This document shows, one piece after another, positions 59,935 to 64,000 of a stretch of 64,000 nt of DNA (its first letter is position 1; each line of letters starts with the position of its first letter). The stretch is from an uncultured Sphingobacteriales bacterium (GTDB lineage Bacteria; Bacteroidota; Bacteroidia; Chitinophagales; Chitinophagaceae). The stretch is taken from the NCBI GenBank assembly GCA_937991535.1, contig CALKHN010000013.1, forward strand, positions 1 to 64,000. Reading direction: 5' to 3'. The translations under genes and the position numbers were made by a program. The notes beneath the pieces are model-generated. The model saw nothing but the letters and a program-made list of their open reading frames with translations, was not told the origin of the DNA and did not search any database.

Positions 59935-60031
59935 CGATTCGTTGCCGCGGCGAATCCCAATGACGTTTAAAGCGGTCTGACCCTCCTGCGTCGGGTGCCG
60001 ACCGCTTTATACAACCGCCAGGAACACCCAG

Positions 60032-61603
60032 TTAGCGCACAATCTTCCGAACATAGTTATTACCTGGGGTTCTGGTCATTAAAAAGTAAACACCGCTGCT
60101 CAGTTGCTGCAATCCATCCATCATATAGCTGTACCTGCCGGGTGTGCACTGCAACTGTTTCTGCATGATCATTCTTCCATGCATATCCACAATGCTGAAC
60201 TGCACGGTTTGCCGGGTGTTGCTGTAAAAACTGATGTCTAATTTATCCCGGAAAGGATTGGGCGCTACAGTAAGGTTAAATTGCAAATTGCTGCTGTCTG
60301 TTACGCTCAGTGTTTTGCTATAGGTAAATTTTCCGTCGGCCGAAACAAGCTTAACCCGGTAAAACCTTTGAGCAGATACAAGCGGTTCTTTATCCGTAAA
60401 ACTGAACAAGTTAGAAGCGGGGTTCGAAATGTACACTTTGCCCACGGACTTATATGCTCCATTACCCTTATCGGAAGCTTCCACTTCAAAATATTCAACG
60501 CCGGCTTCGCTGTATTCCCATGTAAGCACCACCTGGTTATTGCTGAGGCGGGAAGTGAAACTGGCAATACCCAGGGGAAGAACGTACTGGGCTGTCCACG
60601 CATCAGTGTTCAATCCGTATAAGCTTTGAGCAACATTCACAAATTGGTTAGGGTTAAAATGTTCATTAGAAACCAATACCCTGGTCTGCCTAACGGCGGT
60701 AATACTCTCCACCTGGCCATTCAAACCGGCGCTTCCCAAATCAATCCTTCTTTTATTACCCGTTGCAAATAACGCATCCATATTGGTAAAGCCGGAGATC
60801 ATCCAGATTGCACACGAACCTAGTCCCTGGTTACTATATCCTAATAGTATAATAATATTGTCATTGGCTATGGTGGCGCTTGTTATTAAAATTTGGCCTG
60901 CATCAAAACTCCCTTCTCTCGCGGCTATATACGTTCCGGGTGCTGCCGGAAGAATATAATGCGCCGTTTGATAACTTAACCAGTTCTTGGTAAACAAATG
61001 CAGTTTGCCATCACTGTACACCACCGCTTCGCAGTCAAAGGCAGTGTTATTGCTGCCTGTTGGTGAAAAATCCGTTTGATCGGCATATGAAAAATTAATG
61101 ATTTCTATATCTGCCGCAGGTACGGTACCTGTAACTCCGGTAATATTAGTAATACTTTGTAAGGGAACCCGGTAAAATTTAAGATCTGTCCTGTTTCCAT
61201 TGGCATTGTTTCCAAAATCACCCACATATATATAGGTACCGTCTGTTGTAAGGTCTTCCCAGTCTGAATTGGTGGCACCTGCTAATGTTATGGTTTGTTG
61301 AATCACCCCGCTTGTTGAATCCAAAACATAAATATCAGGGGTATTCCCTCCATCATTCAGCGCATACAATTTACCGTTGATATGGATCATCCCGCTTATT
61401 TCGGCAAGCGTTGACGAAAGGTCGGCTTTTTTGGTCAGGGAACCGCTTGTTGCATCATACGTGCATGAGCCATTATTGACCGTGGCAGACGATTGCCAGT
61501 TATTAGCCAAAGGATCCATACAACCCGGCACCTGTGCACGCAGGGAATAGCTTGCTGTAACGCACAGCAAAAGTGCAATAAAAACGACACGCATTTTATA
61601 CAA
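60032..61603 (-). CDS. Secreted protein with T9SS C-terminal sorting domain
   Basis: Signal peptide and a C-terminal ~80 aa Por-secretion CTD-like β-sandwich tail. Confidence 0.7.
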   Translation of the reverse strand: MYKMRVVFIALLLCVTASYSLRAQVPGCMDPLANNWQSSATVNNGSCTYDATSGSLTKKADLSSTLAEISGMIHINGKLYALNDGGNTPDIYVLDSTSGVIQQTITLAGATNSDWEDLTTDGTYIYVGDFGNNANGNRTDLKFYRVPLQSITNITGVTGTVPAADIEIINFSYADQTDFSPTGSNNTAFDCEAVVYSDGKLHLFTKNWLSYQTAHYILPAAPGTYIAAREGSFDAGQILITSATIANDNIIILLGYSNQGLGSCAIWMISGFTNMDALFATGNKRRIDLGSAGLNGQVESITAVRQTRVLVSNEHFNPNQFVNVAQSLYGLNTDAWTAQYVLPLGIASFTSRLSNNQVVLTWEYSEAGVEYFEVEASDKGNGAYKSVGKVYISNPASNLFSFTDKEPLVSAQRFYRVKLVSADGKFTYSKTLSVTDSSNLQFNLTVAPNPFRDKLDISFYSNTRQTVQFSIVDMHGRMIMQKQLQCTPGRYSYMMDGLQQLSSGVYFLMTRTPGNNYVRKIVR

Positions 61604-61873
61604 TTGCTTTTAAGTTTCCTTTTTGTATACAGAGGTTGGCGCCGCCGGTAGCGGAGGCATTGAATAGGACCTGGTTTGTGCTCAGTTGAATGCGGCAAAT
61701 ACCGCTATAGTGTAAGATTAGAGGTAAAACATCGGGATAAGGGATTCGATCGGGATATTCAGGTCGCTAAGATAATTGTTTTGTAATGATAAAAAAAGAA
61801 AGACCTGTGTTATTATTATATTACCTGTGGTAAGGTTGCTGCAAGGTATGATTACCCGTTAGCATCTCCATAT

Positions 61874-63376
61874 TTATTGTGTTGCAGATGAATCGTATAT
61901 GATCTCCATCACTTTATCCATCTTTCCGTCCCTGCCCTGTCTTACGTTTTCAACGGTGGGCGGCACATAAATATCTGGCATAACGCCCCTGCCATCCTTC
62001 GGCACATGATTGAACTGCACCAGCCTGAACAAAGGCATCCGCACTTTCATTCTGGTTTCGGGCAGCACCACATCCGGAATAAGAATACCGCTATTGCCAT
62101 GCGCTCCGCCCCCGGCTTCTTCACCAACAAGCAATACATTAGACTGGCCTTTTACAGCATGGGCAAATAAAGTGGAGGCCGAAAACGTGGGGCCGTTGAT
62201 CAATACAAATACCTTTCCGCTGTAATGATTTTTTTTCCGGGGATGGAAAACATGGTTTTCCCAATACCTGAAATGATACCTGCCATCCTCTTTTTTGCGG
62301 GTGGTAAAAAAAAGGATCAGTGAATTGATCCACCCCGAGCTGAAATAGCGTTTGTAGCGGCCCAGTCCATTGTGCATGGCGGTAACGGTATCAGCCACCT
62401 TAAACGGGGTATTACGGATATACCGGGCAAGCGTGGTATAATTGTTCACCTTTCCCCCCCCGTTGGTGCGCAGGTCAATAACCAGGTTGGGTATTCCCTT
62501 TTTCTGCAACTGGCGGAAGCTCTTCCTGAAAAAAGAAGGCAGCCTTCCCTTGCTGCCAAAACTGTGCACCGTCATTACAGCCAGGGAACTGGTGGTATCA
62601 ATTTTCAGTGATCTGAAATTTTCCCATTTCGCCGGCTTCTCCTCCGGGTCAATCTGCCTGTTCCTGTTCCGGATAAAGGATTTTGCCAGGCTGTCATTGG
62701 CCGGATCAAATAATGCAGCACTGGCTGTTCTTTCATCACCCGCGCTGTCTGTATATTCAACTGTATAGCATTTCGACAACCCTATGATATTGCGGTGATA
62801 ATAAGGGAACGCCGCGCTGAGCCTGATGTAATTAATATTTTCTGCAAACCCGTCGGTTGGCATGAACTGGAAAAGCGTATCTGTCAATTGCCGCACATCA
62901 AGCCCGTTGATGCGGGTGATCAATGTACCTCGTTTTAATATGCTGTCCTGTTTATTGAGATTGGAAGTAAGCACCATGGTATCGGGCCATATTTTCATGA
63001 ACAGGGGGAAGGAGGGTTGTACATGCTCACGCTGGCGTTTGCTGTATGCCCGCGGATAATTAAAGCTGGTATGGCCGCAATGCACTTTGGTGGTGAGGGG
63101 GGCAAGTATGGTAAAGCCAAACTGCTGGCGGGTCATAGAATCGGTAATGGCATTGTAGTATTTGTTGAAATAATAATCCATGCTGTCTTTTGGCGTATAC
63201 CAATACAGAGCGGGATGAAATTCCTCCATTATTTTACGAAGGAGGGCATAGTCTTTACGAAGCGCTTCGGCGGGAAATTTTTTAGCCGGATCCATTGCTT
63301 TTTTTGCTGTTTGGCAGCTTGCCGCGGATAATAGAAGTGCGGATAACAGTAAACCATACAAAAACCTGTTTGTCAT
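61874..63376 (-). CDS. S41 family C-terminal processing peptidase
   Basis: DLRTNGGG and catalytic Ser/Lys region. Start set at MTNRFLY (signal peptide) rather than the upstream ORF-track start. Confidence 0.8.
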   Translation of the reverse strand: MTNRFLYGLLLSALLLSAASCQTAKKAMDPAKKFPAEALRKDYALLRKIMEEFHPALYWYTPKDSMDYYFNKYYNAITDSMTRQQFGFTILAPLTTKVHCGHTSFNYPRAYSKRQREHVQPSFPLFMKIWPDTMVLTSNLNKQDSILKRGTLITRINGLDVRQLTDTLFQFMPTDGFAENINYIRLSAAFPYYHRNIIGLSKCYTVEYTDSAGDERTASAALFDPANDSLAKSFIRNRNRQIDPEEKPAKWENFRSLKIDTTSSLAVMTVHSFGSKGRLPSFFRKSFRQLQKKGIPNLVIDLRTNGGGKVNNYTTLARYIRNTPFKVADTVTAMHNGLGRYKRYFSSGWINSLILFFTTRKKEDGRYHFRYWENHVFHPRKKNHYSGKVFVLINGPTFSASTLFAHAVKGQSNVLLVGEEAGGGAHGNSGILIPDVVLPETRMKVRMPLFRLVQFNHVPKDGRGVMPDIYVPPTVENVRQGRDGKMDKVMEIIYDSSATQ

Positions 63377-63536
63377 AATGGTAAAAATATATTCCAAAAT
63401 CCAAACAGAGAGAAAAATGTGAAAATGCCTGCCCGGCTGAACAGGCGGGTGAAAAATGTGGGAGGCGGGTGTGGGTTGCAGGTTACAAGTTGCAAGGATA
63501 CCCCTGGTACCCTGTAACCTGCACCCTGCACGACCC

Positions 63537-64000
63537 CTATCCAAAAGCGTTCCAGCCCTGCGCAGTTAAAGCATGTTTATTACCAGACCGGGTTATTATA
63601 TGGCTACCTTCGGCCGGTTCTGTAATATAGCCAATTACACTAATCTGTTCATTAAGCACAATTTTCTCATAATCCTCCTGTTTAATGGTAAAAAGCAATT
63701 CATAATCTTCGCCACCGCTTAATGCACAGGCAGTTGGATCAAGGTCAAGCTTGAACGCAAACTGCCGCGATGCTTCGTCAACAGGAATTTTATCTTCGTG
63801 CAGTACACAACCGACGTTGCTTTGTTTACATATATGTAATATTTCGCTGCTCAGCCCGTCGCTTATATCCATCATGCTGGTAGGAAATATGTCGTTCGCT
63901 TCAAAAAAGCTGATGATGTCTTTCCTTGCTTCAGGCTTCAGTAACCTGCGTAAAATATAATCCTGATTTTCCAGGTCGGGTTGCACGGAAGGGCTTTCCA
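63537..64000 (-). CDS. PurM-like C-terminal domain protein, probably thiamine-monophosphate kinase ThiL (5' part outside window)
   Basis: C-terminal AIR-synthase-related domain pattern (DISDGL, GGEDYELLFT). Truncated by the window edge. Confidence 0.45.
   Translation of the reverse strand, partial: ESPSVQPDLENQDYILRRLLKPEARKDIISFFEANDIFPTSMMDISDGLSSEILHICKQSNVGCVLHEDKIPVDEASRQFAFKLDLDPTACALSGGEDYELLFTIKQEDYEKIVLNEQISVIGYITEPAEGSHIITRSGNKHALTAQGWNAFG

Noticed and set aside
1-64000. CRISPR arrays, IS elements, integrases, phage structural genes
   Set aside because: No regularly spaced direct repeats and no transposase, integrase or phage gene signatures were seen in any frame.

Overview
This 64 kb window looks like a chromosomal segment from a Bacteroidota genome. 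It resembles Chitinophagaceae or Sphingobacteriia in gene content (T9SS C-terminal sorting-domain protein, rpoN, TAT-signal Gfo/Idh/MocA dehydrogenase, DUF4197, DUF6089, DUF937-OmpA). That taxonomic call is an inference. Most of the window is ordinary housekeeping: ruvB, rpoN, adk, murF, nadK, gcvT, nagA, korB, aldehyde dehydrogenase, aldo-keto reductases, a GntP permease, two-component systems, a large SNF2/SWIM helicase and an S41 peptidase. The exception is an accessory-looking stretch at about 10.9-20.2 kb, which contains the following in order. (1) A decayed SNF2-helicase fragment. (2) A small peptide ORF with alternative hairpins and two intrinsic terminators. (3) A very compact array of five tRNA or tRNA-like genes (Asp, Gln, one degenerate Arg-like, Lys, Phe), some with non-canonical arms. 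(4) A YkuK-type RNase H-like gene. (5) About 650 bp of non-coding DNA containing several tRNA-like elements. These are a ~200 nt element with paired acceptor ends, D-arm and T-arm but a ~125 nt insertion in place of the anticodon arm; a 60 nt mini-tRNA lacking the anticodon arm; and a 5' tRNA fragment with a UCA anticodon. (6) A five-gene plus-strand block: SPFH/band-7 protein, an AT-rich hypothetical with an Rx4H (HEPN-like) motif, two tandem paralogous COG3541-type nucleotidyltransferases, and an RtcB RNA ligase. I read this block as a candidate RNA-damage/RNA-repair conflict island associated with tRNA mimics. The alternative is a tRNA-targeted integration scar with decayed att copies. Two small intergenic repeat families and heptamer tandem repeats upstream of gcvT were also noted. 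All calls are made by eye from the sequence and the ORF track, and no database search was possible.
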